Part shown: positions 8,420 through 17,035 of the stretch, piece after piece
How positions within the stretch are numbered: the stretch's first letter is position 1
How the letters are laid out: every line of letters begins with the position of its first letter
From: Flavobacteriaceae bacterium
GTDB taxonomy: Bacteria; Bacteroidota; Bacteroidia; Flavobacteriales; Flavobacteriaceae
Assembly (NCBI GenBank): GCA_965657545.1
Contig: CBFHOG010000005.1
Span: 6,628-70,627, forward strand
DNA length: 64,000 nt
Direction of reading: 5' to 3'
Position numbers and translations under genes: made by a program
Notes under the pieces: generated by a model
What the model was told of the DNA's origin: nothing
Database searches by the model: none
Seen by the model: only the letters and a program-made list of their open reading frames with translations

Positions 8420-10393
8420 TCATCGAATTAATACATTTTTAAAAATGTTACCCCTTGGTGTTTCTATTTCAAGAATGTACATGCCTGAAGCTATAATGGA
8501 CATGTCAAAACGCAAAGAGCTAAGCGAAAACACGTCTTTAGTGATGCGCTTAATCTCACTTCCACTAAGGCTAAGCAATCGTAAGCCTCGGAAAGGTAGC
8601 TTGTTATTTACTGCTGTGACAGTAAAGTAAGATTCAGCAGGCATAGGCGCCAACAAAAAATTGTTTTTGCTGATCTCTGTTAAAGATTTCTCGTTTGTTA
8701 CAACTAGGCCGGGCCCAGAAAGAATCAGCGAAAATTCCTGACTCCTATTTATTAAGGTACCCTTATGACTTATTTCAATTTTATATGCTCCACCTAAGTT
8801 TTCAGCAATTTTTATGTGTTCTAAGTTATCGGCGCTATTATCACCCAAAACAGCAACGGTTTGTTGTGCGTTTGTGGGGAGTTTCCAAGGAAAATAGGTC
8901 GTGTTGTTCTGGATTATTCTTAAGTCTAGATCGTTGACGAGTGTGTTTGTAGCATTTTCTTCCGCTTGTGGGTCGTACCAGCTGAGTGTAGCCGTCAGAG
9001 TTCCTTGATTAAGTGATTGAAAATAAAGCGTTTTTGTGTCATTTTCATTAAGTTCAAACTCCACAATAGTATTGCTTTCATCAGCATCTTTTTGGATAAG
9101 CGCAGCTGCTTTTTCCATATTTATGGCTCCATATCCTGTTTTTGTATCAGGGCCAGTGATGTCTAGATCGCCCCATTGCGAAATATCATCTGCTGTGTGA
9201 CAAAGCAAGGCTTTTACGGTAGCCCCACGCATATAGCCATTGTGGGTTTGTTTGTATAGTTGTTGCAACAATGCCACAGCTGCTGCTGCGCCAGGCGAAG
9301 CAAAAGAAGTACCACTTGAAGCTACATAGTTATTTGTAGCTTCTGGATTGTTCTTATCCCAAATTGCAGCACCCAAATTTTGACCAGCAGCGCATATTTC
9401 GGGTTTTATTCTAAAATCATTGGTTGGGCCTGCACTGCTAAATCCTGTTGCGGTAAAATTTTCGCTGTTGTTATTCATAGAAAAACTTCCAACCGTAAGG
9501 ACGTTTTTGGCAGTAGTTGAGCCTGTAAGTTGATCCAAACCCACAACAGCCTGACTGGAATAGGATTTATACCCATCGTTTCCTGCTGCTAAAACGTGCA
9601 GGTAATTTGGATACGCAAACGCTATTTGATCTATGATAGAACTCCATAAACTGTATCCGCCAATTTCTTCAATTTCAAGAATAAGGGCATTTTTATCGTC
9701 CAGTAAAGGAATGCCATAAGAGTGATTGGAAAGGATAAAATCTGTATTATTATTTGTTTGTAATTGTTCAAAAATCTCAAACACATCATTGTCCCAATCG
9801 TAGCTATATACTTTTGCTAATTGAGGAGCAATCCCCGATATGTCGAAGTTGTCGTTTTCTAAGATGCCTTTAGCCAATATAATGGACGCTACGGATGTTG
9901 GATGCCCGTGCCATATGTTGGCTGCTGTGGAATCTGCGATTTCTATAGGAACTTGGTATCCATTAAAATCAGCACCACCAGTAAATTCATTATGGCTAGC
10001 AAAAATATGCCCCGCATCCCAAATACCAACGTGTATGCCTTCCCCGTTTAGATTTAGCCCAAGCGTACCACCCAGTGCAAGGGCATCGGCCTTGATGGCT
10101 TTCTGCGAAGAACGTTTATTGGTGCTATAGTACAGGGGTTTTCCTGAGCTTGACACCCAATTAGGACGGATATATTTCCCGTCTTTATTTTTTTTTAGCC
10201 TTGGGTCTTTGGCAGCGATTAAGCTGTCAATTACGTGGTTTTGCTCCGACATTGCACGTTGCAAACGATCTTTAAGCGATTGCTTTTGTTGGGCTTTTTT
10301 TTCTTGTGGCGTTGGGGTAGTACTTACCCCTGTTGATGACACGCAAGACACAAAAAAAAGCAATATGCCGAAAAAGGCAAGTTTCTTTTTCAT
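8420..10393 (-). CDS. S8 (subtilisin-like) serine peptidase, predicted lipoprotein, with T9SS C-terminal sorting domain
   Basis: Paralogue of 392..2281, with boxes VGIWDAG, WHGHPTSVAS, LSNHSYG and GTSFASPGAAA. P-domain-like WYDP...VNDLDLRI. N-terminal lipobox LFFVSC. C-terminal ...ASGMYILEIETPRGNIFKNVLIR is CTD-like. Confidence 0.85.
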   Translation of the reverse strand: MKKKLAFFGILLFFVSCVSSTGVSTTPTPQEKKAQQKQSLKDRLQRAMSEQNHVIDSLIAAKDPRLKKNKDGKYIRPNWVSSSGKPLYYSTNKRSSQKAIKADALALGGTLGLNLNGEGIHVGIWDAGHIFASHNEFTGGADFNGYQVPIEIADSTAANIWHGHPTSVASIILAKGILENDNFDISGIAPQLAKVYSYDWDNDVFEIFEQLQTNNNTDFILSNHSYGIPLLDDKNALILEIEEIGGYSLWSSIIDQIAFAYPNYLHVLAAGNDGYKSYSSQAVVGLDQLTGSTTAKNVLTVGSFSMNNNSENFTATGFSSAGPTNDFRIKPEICAAGQNLGAAIWDKNNPEATNNYVASSGTSFASPGAAAAVALLQQLYKQTHNGYMRGATVKALLCHTADDISQWGDLDITGPDTKTGYGAINMEKAAALIQKDADESNTIVEFELNENDTKTLYFQSLNQGTLTATLSWYDPQAEENATNTLVNDLDLRIIQNNTTYFPWKLPTNAQQTVAVLGDNSADNLEHIKIAENLGGAYKIEISHKGTLINRSQEFSLILSGPGLVVTNEKSLTEISKNNFLLAPMPAESYFTVTAVNNKLPFRGLRLLSLSGSEIKRITKDVFSLSSLRFDMSIIASGMYILEIETPRGNIFKNVLIR

Positions 10394-10404
10394 GGTTCTA
10401 AGGT

Positions 10405-10434
10405 AAAAAAAAACCCCGCATATGCGGGGTTTTT
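10405..10434 (-). terminator. intrinsic terminator (bidirectional-type hairpin) between the SusD gene and the S8 peptidase gene
   Basis: Perfect GC-rich palindrome CCCCGCATATGCGGGG (10414-10429). It is flanked by A9 (10405-10413, which is U9 on the minus-strand RNA) and T5 (10430-10434). Confidence 0.6.
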
Positions 10435-10461
10435 ATGGTTTATAAACTTTAGCGAAATAAA

Positions 10462-12111
10462 TTATTTGTTTTGATCAGCTGGTGTGATGTTTGGATTTGC
10501 ATCAATTTCTGCTTGAGGAATTTTGAAAATCCATTTGTTATTGGTTGAAGGCTTTTCAATTTTAAAAGCATCTTGATATAAAATTTCTGAAGCACCAGAA
10601 CCACCGTTTGTACTGTGATCAATTCCTTCGTCCCACCTTATATGATCAGTATATCCAAAGCCTTCGCCCCAAAGCTCCAATCTTCTCTGAAACTTAATTT
10701 CTTTCATTAAGTCAGCCTGAGTGCTAAAAGAAGCTGCATTAAAAGCGCTATCTCGTGCACCAGCAATAGTCTGAAGAGCAGCTTGAGCTTCAGCTATTCC
10801 GTCAGCACCTCTCATAGCATGAGCTTCGGCTTCAATTAAGTACATTTCAGCAGATCGCATGTAAATGATATCATCAGGGTCAATGCTACCAGGGTTTTTG
10901 TTTTTCAACTTGAAATGCATGTAAGGGTGGGTGTTATGACCAGAAACTAAACCATATGTGCTTTTTATGGCTGCTATTGCTGCATCAAATTCTGCCTCAG
11001 TAGTGTATAGTGGGTTAGTGTTTTTACTCCAACCTCCTTCTTGATTCGCTGCTGAAGAATTTGAATTCGGTGCATCTGGTAAAAACACATCTTTTCTAAA
11101 GTCTGTTGCTGGTATAGCGTCAACTATACGCTTATCGGCAATTTTTGGGTTATTCCTAATTTGGCTACCATTAAAAGTATTACTTGCTAAATAAAAGTAC
11201 GAACGGAAGAAAGTAGTCTCAGTAGAAATTACATTGCTACCCCAAATAACTTCGGATAAACTGTTAGTATTAAATCCAGATTTCCAATCTGCTTCTCCCA
11301 TTAACGGAAAACCATTTCTAGCAGCTACTGCAGCATCAGCAGCGACTTGCCAATCACCTTTTGATAATGCCCAACGTGCTTTAAGACCATAAGCCACATT
11401 AATATTTAATTGAGACTTTGTTTCTGGTCCTCCGGATGGTCTAGGTAATCCTTTTTTAAAAGCAGTTATTGCTTCATCTAAATCCATGCCTATTTGTTTA
11501 TAAACATCCTCAACCGTTCCTCTTGGGCCAGTTGTTTGAGGTTTTAATATAACTGGAACACCTGGATCAGAGGAGGGATTTCCTATCAAATATCCTTTAC
11601 TAAAGTGCTGAACCAATGATAATAAAGCAAAAGCCCTGTAAGTGTATGCTTGCCCTTTTATTGTCGATAAATTAGGAGTTTCGGTTAAATCTCCCTGATT
11701 TATTTTTTCAATTATCATGTTGGCGTGTAGGATAATATTGTATCTATGGTACCATAATATCTTGTTTGTTAACGATGTCTCAACAGTATGGTCATTCCAT
11801 TGCATAGTATTCCTCCAGCCTAAATTGTTTGCATCTGCTGAATGAATTATCCCTCCTGTTAAATTATCCCCCATGGGCACCCAATAGTGGTCTCCAGCTC
11901 TAGCTGAATTGCCGCCAGGCAAAATAGTTTGAGACTGCGAATATAGCCCTCGGTGTATTCCATTTAACACTTTTTGCATACCAGCTTCATCTGCTAAAGC
12001 CACTGCTGGTGTTACGGCATCTGTGGGTACTGTTTCTAAAAATTCTTCTTTACAGGAAGCCAAAGTAAAAATGAAAATTACTAATGGCAAGTATTTAATT
12101 TTATGTATCAT
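10462..12111 (-). CDS. SusD/RagB-family outer-membrane lipoprotein
   Basis: Lipobox TLASC followed by KEE. C-terminal SusD-like FQRRLELWGEGFGYTDHIRW. A 10-nt gap follows the SusC gene. Confidence 0.85.
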   Translation of the reverse strand: MIHKIKYLPLVIFIFTLASCKEEFLETVPTDAVTPAVALADEAGMQKVLNGIHRGLYSQSQTILPGGNSARAGDHYWVPMGDNLTGGIIHSADANNLGWRNTMQWNDHTVETSLTNKILWYHRYNIILHANMIIEKINQGDLTETPNLSTIKGQAYTYRAFALLSLVQHFSKGYLIGNPSSDPGVPVILKPQTTGPRGTVEDVYKQIGMDLDEAITAFKKGLPRPSGGPETKSQLNINVAYGLKARWALSKGDWQVAADAAVAARNGFPLMGEADWKSGFNTNSLSEVIWGSNVISTETTFFRSYFYLASNTFNGSQIRNNPKIADKRIVDAIPATDFRKDVFLPDAPNSNSSAANQEGGWSKNTNPLYTTEAEFDAAIAAIKSTYGLVSGHNTHPYMHFKLKNKNPGSIDPDDIIYMRSAEMYLIEAEAHAMRGADGIAEAQAALQTIAGARDSAFNAASFSTQADLMKEIKFQRRLELWGEGFGYTDHIRWDEGIDHSTNGGSGASEILYQDAFKIEKPSTNNKWIFKIPQAEIDANPNITPADQNK

Positions 12112-12121
12112 AATCTTTGTT

Positions 12122-15100
12122 TTAAAATCCTACGTTAATTCCAATTGAAAATATTTTGGAAGGGTTAAAGTCATCACCCTCAGGGGTACCAGCTAAGTTA
12201 TATTGTGGATCAAGTCCTTTTCTTTTGCTTTTTAGAAACAAGTTCTCTCCAGTTAAAGTAAGAGTTAAATTATTCACGCCTATTAAATCTGTAGCGTTTT
12301 GGTTTAAGCTATAACTTAGATTTACGTTTTTTAAAGCCCAAAAAGAGGCATCAGTTAAAAACCTGTCTGATTGTGTTTGTACCAATCTTTGGTTTCCTAT
12401 TTCTAGTCGCGGTACATCCGTTGTATCTCCATCTTTTCTCCATGCCTTTAAAATGTCTGGATGTTGAGAACGACCATAGATACTGCTTGACATCATATCA
12501 GCGTATGCATTATCTAGAATACTACCACCAATACCATATGTTATCAAAAAGTTTAAAGATAATCCCTTAAAACTCACATGGTTTGAAATAGATCCTAATA
12601 AGTCTGGCACAGATGAGTTACCGGTGTAGGCACGCTGGGTGTCTTGCCAATTATTAGTAGTAGTCATGTTTCCATCTGCATCTAGAACAGGTACACTCTC
12701 GTTATCATCGTTAGATTCATATACATAATAGAGTTGATCTCCTGTTTTTGGGTCAACACCAGCTGTTTTGTACAAAAAGAAGTCATATCTAGAACGACCC
12801 TTATCCCAACGTTTTGAACCATTTATAAAAGGTTCGGGTATAGAGGTAATTTCGTTTTTTAGTGTAGATGCCTGTAGCGCAAGATTCCATTTAAAATCTT
12901 TTTTATTGAATATACGGGTTGTCAGGCTAAGCTCCCAACCAGAATTATACATGTCTCCAATATTATTTGGTTGAACATTGATACCAACACTAAGCGGTTG
13001 AGGTAAATCAAATAATAACTCGGTTGAGTTCTTTTTATAATACTCTATAGAGCCTTCAACTAAATTATCAAATAACCCGAACTCAAGAGCAACATCAAAA
13101 TTTTCAATGGTTTCCCACACTAAAAGATTATTGCCTAAGTCAGATAAAACAAATGCTGGTGCGGTTGCGTTTGAATTAATCCCAAATCTAGCTTGATATA
13201 AATAGAAATCTAATAAGTCGTCATTTCCAACTTCTCCCCAAGAACCTCTTAATTTTAGACGATTTATTGAGGAAATATTTTGCATAAAATTTTCTTTATG
13301 AATGTTCCAAGAAGCACCGACAGAATAAAAACTACCCCATCTACGATCTGAATTAAAAACAGAAGTTCCATCTCTTCTAAGCGAAGCACTTAAATAATAC
13401 TTATTGTCATAAGTGTAGTTAAGTCTTGAGAAATAGCCTTCCAAGCGCTTGTCAGTAACTACCCCACCAAGACTAACAGGATTTGAGAAATTGTCAAAAA
13501 CCTCTAATCCGGGGACGGTCTCTTTTGTTCCTAGAGCGTCAAAATCAGAAAAATTCCGACTATAACTTTCGTGTCCTAGTGTCAGGTCAATATTATGGTT
13601 GTTAAAGTCTTTCTTGTAAGTCAATACTTGATTAAAGTTTTCAACCTGTCTTCTAAATCTATCTTCACTAAATCTACCATCAGGCTGGGCATCACCAATT
13701 ATGGCGTTTTCATATTCTTTTTCGATCCCGTCGTTAGTATCCCTACCATAAGTTAATCTAAAGTTAAGTCCATCATGGAGTTCTAAATCTGTGTAAAATC
13801 TTAGCCCATAGGTGTTATCATTATCACTTTCTTTGTTAAGAAGTAATTCTTGCAGTGCATGTCGCCCTTGATTTCTTGGTCTTGATCCAATATTGTGTTC
13901 GGGATACCCCTCGCCATTATCAAATACAGGGTTTCCAAAAACATCCTTGATAAGGTTTCCTTGCTTGTCATTTACATATACAGGATAAATTGGCCCCATA
14001 GTTTGTGCAAATCCAAAAGGGTTTACTATGCTAGTCTCTCCTGCTGAGCTTGGCCCTTTAGCTTCAGTAAGCGTAATATTTGCACTACCTCCAATTTTAA
14101 TTTTATCGCTCACATTAAAATCTGCATTAAGTCTAGAGGTTAGTCTTTTAAATTCTGTAGTAACTACATAGCCCTCTTCGTTTAAATATGATGTGGAAAA
14201 GAATACACTATGATCATCACTTCCACCTGAGACACTTACGTTGTAATTCCGTCTCAGACCACTTTGTTGCATAAAATCAAACCAATCAAGAGTTTTATAA
14301 ACAACTTTAGCATTTGGATTAAGCTTCCCATCCGTTCCAACAATTTGATCATTAGGTACATTAAATGGATTGTATCCAAGTTGACTGTATATGTTAGCAG
14401 AAGCGTATGTAGGACTGCCTGCTGCTGCTCTTGTATTTCTAAGTGCCTCCCACATAGTTTCATAATACTGACCTGGACTTAATCTATCATGGAAAGGGAT
14501 TCCTCGTGACACAAAACCAGTTTGAGCAGAGGCATTAACTTTTATTCCTCCCATGGTTCCGCTTTTAGTTGTAATGATAACCACACCATTTGCTGCTCTT
14601 GAGCCATACAATGCTGTGGAAGCAGCATCTTTCAGAATTGTAAAAGATGCAATATCTTCCTGATTAATGGAGTTAAGATCTCCTTCGTATTGGATTCCAT
14701 CAACAACGAAAAGTGGATCTGAACTACCATTTAGTGTTCCAACTCCACGAATTACAATATCTGGGCTAGAGCCTGGCTGGCCATTTGTTGAGGTAAATTG
14801 TACGCCTGTGGTTCTACCTTCAATTGCAGCTATAGGAGAAGTAACATTTCGTGTTAAGAGTTCATTTGCGCCTATTACACTTGCAGAACCCGTAAATGCT
14901 TCCTTAGTAGTTGTGCCGTACGCTACAACAATTACCTCATCCAATGTATTATCTGATTGCAAGCTTACACTATGCGTAGCACTGCTTACTACCACATTTT
15001 GGGTCGCATAGCCTACATAACTAAACACCAAGGTTTGCCCTTGCGTGGCACGAATTTGATAGTTTCCATCAAAGTCTGTGGTTGTGCCTGTGTTTGTGCC

Positions 15101-15232
15101 CTGCACCACTATGGTGGCTCCGGGTAGTGGTTGGTTATTGTCATCCGTTACGGTACCAGATACGGTTTGTGCGTATAGCGCCGTACTCATGAGTGCTAAA
15201 ACCAGCACTCCTATATGTCTTATATAGTTCAT
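12122..15232 (-). CDS. SusC/RagA-family TonB-dependent outer-membrane transporter
   Basis: Signal peptide ...STALYAQ. TVSGTVTDDNNQPLPGATIVVQGT. Plug motif ALYGSRAANGVVIITTKSG. Terminal ...GINVGF. The mature N-terminus runs straight into the CarboxypepD_reg-like segment, so I see no room for an N-terminal STN/anti-sigma signalling extension. Confidence 0.9.
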   Translation of the reverse strand: MNYIRHIGVLVLALMSTALYAQTVSGTVTDDNNQPLPGATIVVQGTNTGTTTDFDGNYQIRATQGQTLVFSYVGYATQNVVVSSATHSVSLQSDNTLDEVIVVAYGTTTKEAFTGSASVIGANELLTRNVTSPIAAIEGRTTGVQFTSTNGQPGSSPDIVIRGVGTLNGSSDPLFVVDGIQYEGDLNSINQEDIASFTILKDAASTALYGSRAANGVVIITTKSGTMGGIKVNASAQTGFVSRGIPFHDRLSPGQYYETMWEALRNTRAAAGSPTYASANIYSQLGYNPFNVPNDQIVGTDGKLNPNAKVVYKTLDWFDFMQQSGLRRNYNVSVSGGSDDHSVFFSTSYLNEEGYVVTTEFKRLTSRLNADFNVSDKIKIGGSANITLTEAKGPSSAGETSIVNPFGFAQTMGPIYPVYVNDKQGNLIKDVFGNPVFDNGEGYPEHNIGSRPRNQGRHALQELLLNKESDNDNTYGLRFYTDLELHDGLNFRLTYGRDTNDGIEKEYENAIIGDAQPDGRFSEDRFRRQVENFNQVLTYKKDFNNHNIDLTLGHESYSRNFSDFDALGTKETVPGLEVFDNFSNPVSLGGVVTDKRLEGYFSRLNYTYDNKYYLSASLRRDGTSVFNSDRRWGSFYSVGASWNIHKENFMQNISSINRLKLRGSWGEVGNDDLLDFYLYQARFGINSNATAPAFVLSDLGNNLLVWETIENFDVALEFGLFDNLVEGSIEYYKKNSTELLFDLPQPLSVGINVQPNNIGDMYNSGWELSLTTRIFNKKDFKWNLALQASTLKNEITSIPEPFINGSKRWDKGRSRYDFFLYKTAGVDPKTGDQLYYVYESNDDNESVPVLDADGNMTTTNNWQDTQRAYTGNSSVPDLLGSISNHVSFKGLSLNFLITYGIGGSILDNAYADMMSSSIYGRSQHPDILKAWRKDGDTTDVPRLEIGNQRLVQTQSDRFLTDASFWALKNVNLSYSLNQNATDLIGVNNLTLTLTGENLFLKSKRKGLDPQYNLAGTPEGDDFNPSKIFSIGINVGF

Positions 15233-15581
15233 ATGATTTCGGTTTTTATAGTTAATTAAGTCCGAAGTTTCTCAATTGACTCCTAACTACAAAACCAAAA
15301 ACACTGAATTTGCAAGGTTTTAGTCCAAAAAGCGCATTTTTTTGCGAATTCCATTAAAAACTTATTTACCTTACTTTGAAAATCGGTTTTTTGTTAAAAT
15401 TATGTTAATGAAGTGGTGTTTTTTGGTTGGCTGAATGTTGTGTTTCATAAAACTCAATACTTATATATTGGGGGCTTGTCTATGTTACTGTCAAAAAAGC
15501 CACATTTTGTCAATCTGAAGTTGCCTAAACACTATTGCCTTTTCCACAGCGAAACCGCTATACCTTATTTCATTTTTTGTA

Positions 15582-15589
15582 TATATTTG
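15582..15589 (+). promoter_or_regulatory. candidate Bacteroidota -7 promoter box (TATATTTG) for the 15620 ORF
   Basis: Exact match to TAnnTTTG, 30 nt upstream of the ATG. No convincing -33 TTTG at the canonical spacing. Confidence 0.3.
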
Positions 15590-15619
15590 TCTTATAATTG
15601 AATTAAAATATCCCAAATT

Positions 15620-15949
15620 ATGATAGAAACCATACTTGAGTTTCAAAAATTACAGCGACAAATGCCACAAGTAATGGCTGATAGTAAATTCAAGGCTTCT
15701 TATTTTATTGAAGCATTAAAAATGTCGCCAAGCACCTATTACCGTAAAATAAGTACTGCTAAATTCACTGCTGAAGAATTGCTGAAAATTGTGGAGTTGG
15801 TCCATCCAAAAGCATATTATCGTTGGGAATTTGAACAAGAAATTAAAAAGGGATTGGCAGAGTTAAAAGCTGGTAAGAGCATACCACACGAACAAGTAAA
15901 ACAAGTGATTTTTAAAGAATTAGATCAATTAGATCACAAAACTAAATAG
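15620..15949 (+). CDS. small hypothetical protein (109 aa) with a possible helix-turn-helix segment
   Basis: Clean ORF with an ATG start, divergent from the SusC gene. The segment FIEALKMSPSTYYRKISTAKFTAEELLKI resembles short HTH motifs of the ...S(R/P)STLYRK... kind. The family is not recognised. Confidence 0.45.
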   Translation: MIETILEFQKLQRQMPQVMADSKFKASYFIEALKMSPSTYYRKISTAKFTAEELLKIVELVHPKAYYRWEFEQEIKKGLAELKAGKSIPHEQVKQVIFKELDQLDHKTK

Positions 15950-15981
15950 GCATTCTTCTGTTATCGCGAAGCTATTAAACC

Positions 15982-17034
15982 CTAACGTAATACTTTTTTT
16001 AAGGTAGCCATTCGATCTAATTTTCCTGATTTTGTATGCACAAAAGCCTCAACACAAACCACCTCTTTGGGGACATGGTGTTTGTCTGCGCCCAATACCT
16101 GAGTTGCCATTTTCAATGCCTCTTGCTTTTCTTTGGTATTTCCTGCCAATACAAGAATTAATTTCTCGCCCAGTGCTGCATCTGGAATTCCCGCAAAAAA
16201 GAATGGGGTGTCCAAAAACGGAGCTAACTTTTCTTCCAACTGCTCAGGGAATATTTTCTTTCCACCCGAGTTAATAACAAAGTCTCTTCTGCCCAGTAAC
16301 GTAAACGATTTTTCAGTAAAAAGCTCCACAACATCATTTGTGCGAATAGCTGTTTTTGAAATATAAGGCACCGTCAACACCAAACAGTTATCCGCATCCA
16401 TGTCAATGCCTATATTGGGCATTGCAGCAAAGGGAACGGGTGGGTCGCTAACAGGCCGTGTGGCCACATGGGTTAGCGTTTCCGTCATGCCATAGGTTTC
16501 TATGCAATGCGGATGCTTTTTTGCCAATGCTTTGCGTAATGCAACAGGAATGGGTGCACCTCCTATGATTATTTTTTTTAGATCACCTAACAATTCAAAA
16601 GATGCGCTGGCTTGCATTGGAATTAATGCAGCAAAATCGTAGGTTTTGCCTTGTAGGTTTAATAATGTTTTTGGGGGGATTAGGTCTAAATGTAATCCGA
16701 TTACCATAGCACGCACCAACATCATTTTTCCGGCGATATATTGTAAAGGTAAACAGAGCAAGGCGGTATTGCCCGGAGATAGGTTAAAAAAAGCAGCGGT
16801 TTGTTCCGCAGAGGCTCGCATGGCTTTTTTGTAAACTTCCAGTGGTTTTGGTACACCCGTAGAACCCGATGTATGAACGGTTATGGTATCATTATCTTGT
16901 AGCCATGCTTCTAAAAACAACCCCAATGCTTGTTGTTCGCTATCAATGGAGTTTTGCCATTTTTTGGTTGCAGCAAGCAGGCTGTTATGGCTGTATGCTG
17001 TTCCGTTAAGTCGAAATTGTGGGTGTAACTCCAT
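15982..17034 (-). CDS. menE: o-succinylbenzoate-CoA ligase (AMP-binding family)
   Basis: AMP-binding motif TSGSTGVPK and YGMTET. Last gene of the men cluster. Start moved to the ATG at 17034 (MELHPQF...) because the longer frame overlaps menC. Confidence 0.75.
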   Translation of the reverse strand: MELHPQFRLNGTAYSHNSLLAATKKWQNSIDSEQQALGLFLEAWLQDNDTITVHTSGSTGVPKPLEVYKKAMRASAEQTAAFFNLSPGNTALLCLPLQYIAGKMMLVRAMVIGLHLDLIPPKTLLNLQGKTYDFAALIPMQASASFELLGDLKKIIIGGAPIPVALRKALAKKHPHCIETYGMTETLTHVATRPVSDPPVPFAAMPNIGIDMDADNCLVLTVPYISKTAIRTNDVVELFTEKSFTLLGRRDFVINSGGKKIFPEQLEEKLAPFLDTPFFFAGIPDAALGEKLILVLAGNTKEKQEALKMATQVLGADKHHVPKEVVCVEAFVHTKSGKLDRMATLKKVLR

Positions 17035-17035
17035 C

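Noticed and set aside
14667-15011. A 114-aa plus-strand ORF antisense to the SusC N-terminal plug region (also 12373-12570, 12768-12974, 14264-14482).
   Set aside because: It is antisense to a conserved TonB-dependent transporter and has no independent signals.
15413-15601. A 62-aa ORF in the long SusC upstream gap.
   Set aside because: It has a non-ATG start, hydrophobic junk-like composition (MVFFGWLNVVFHKTQYLYIGG...) and no -7 box in front. It is more likely non-coding leader or promoter DNA.
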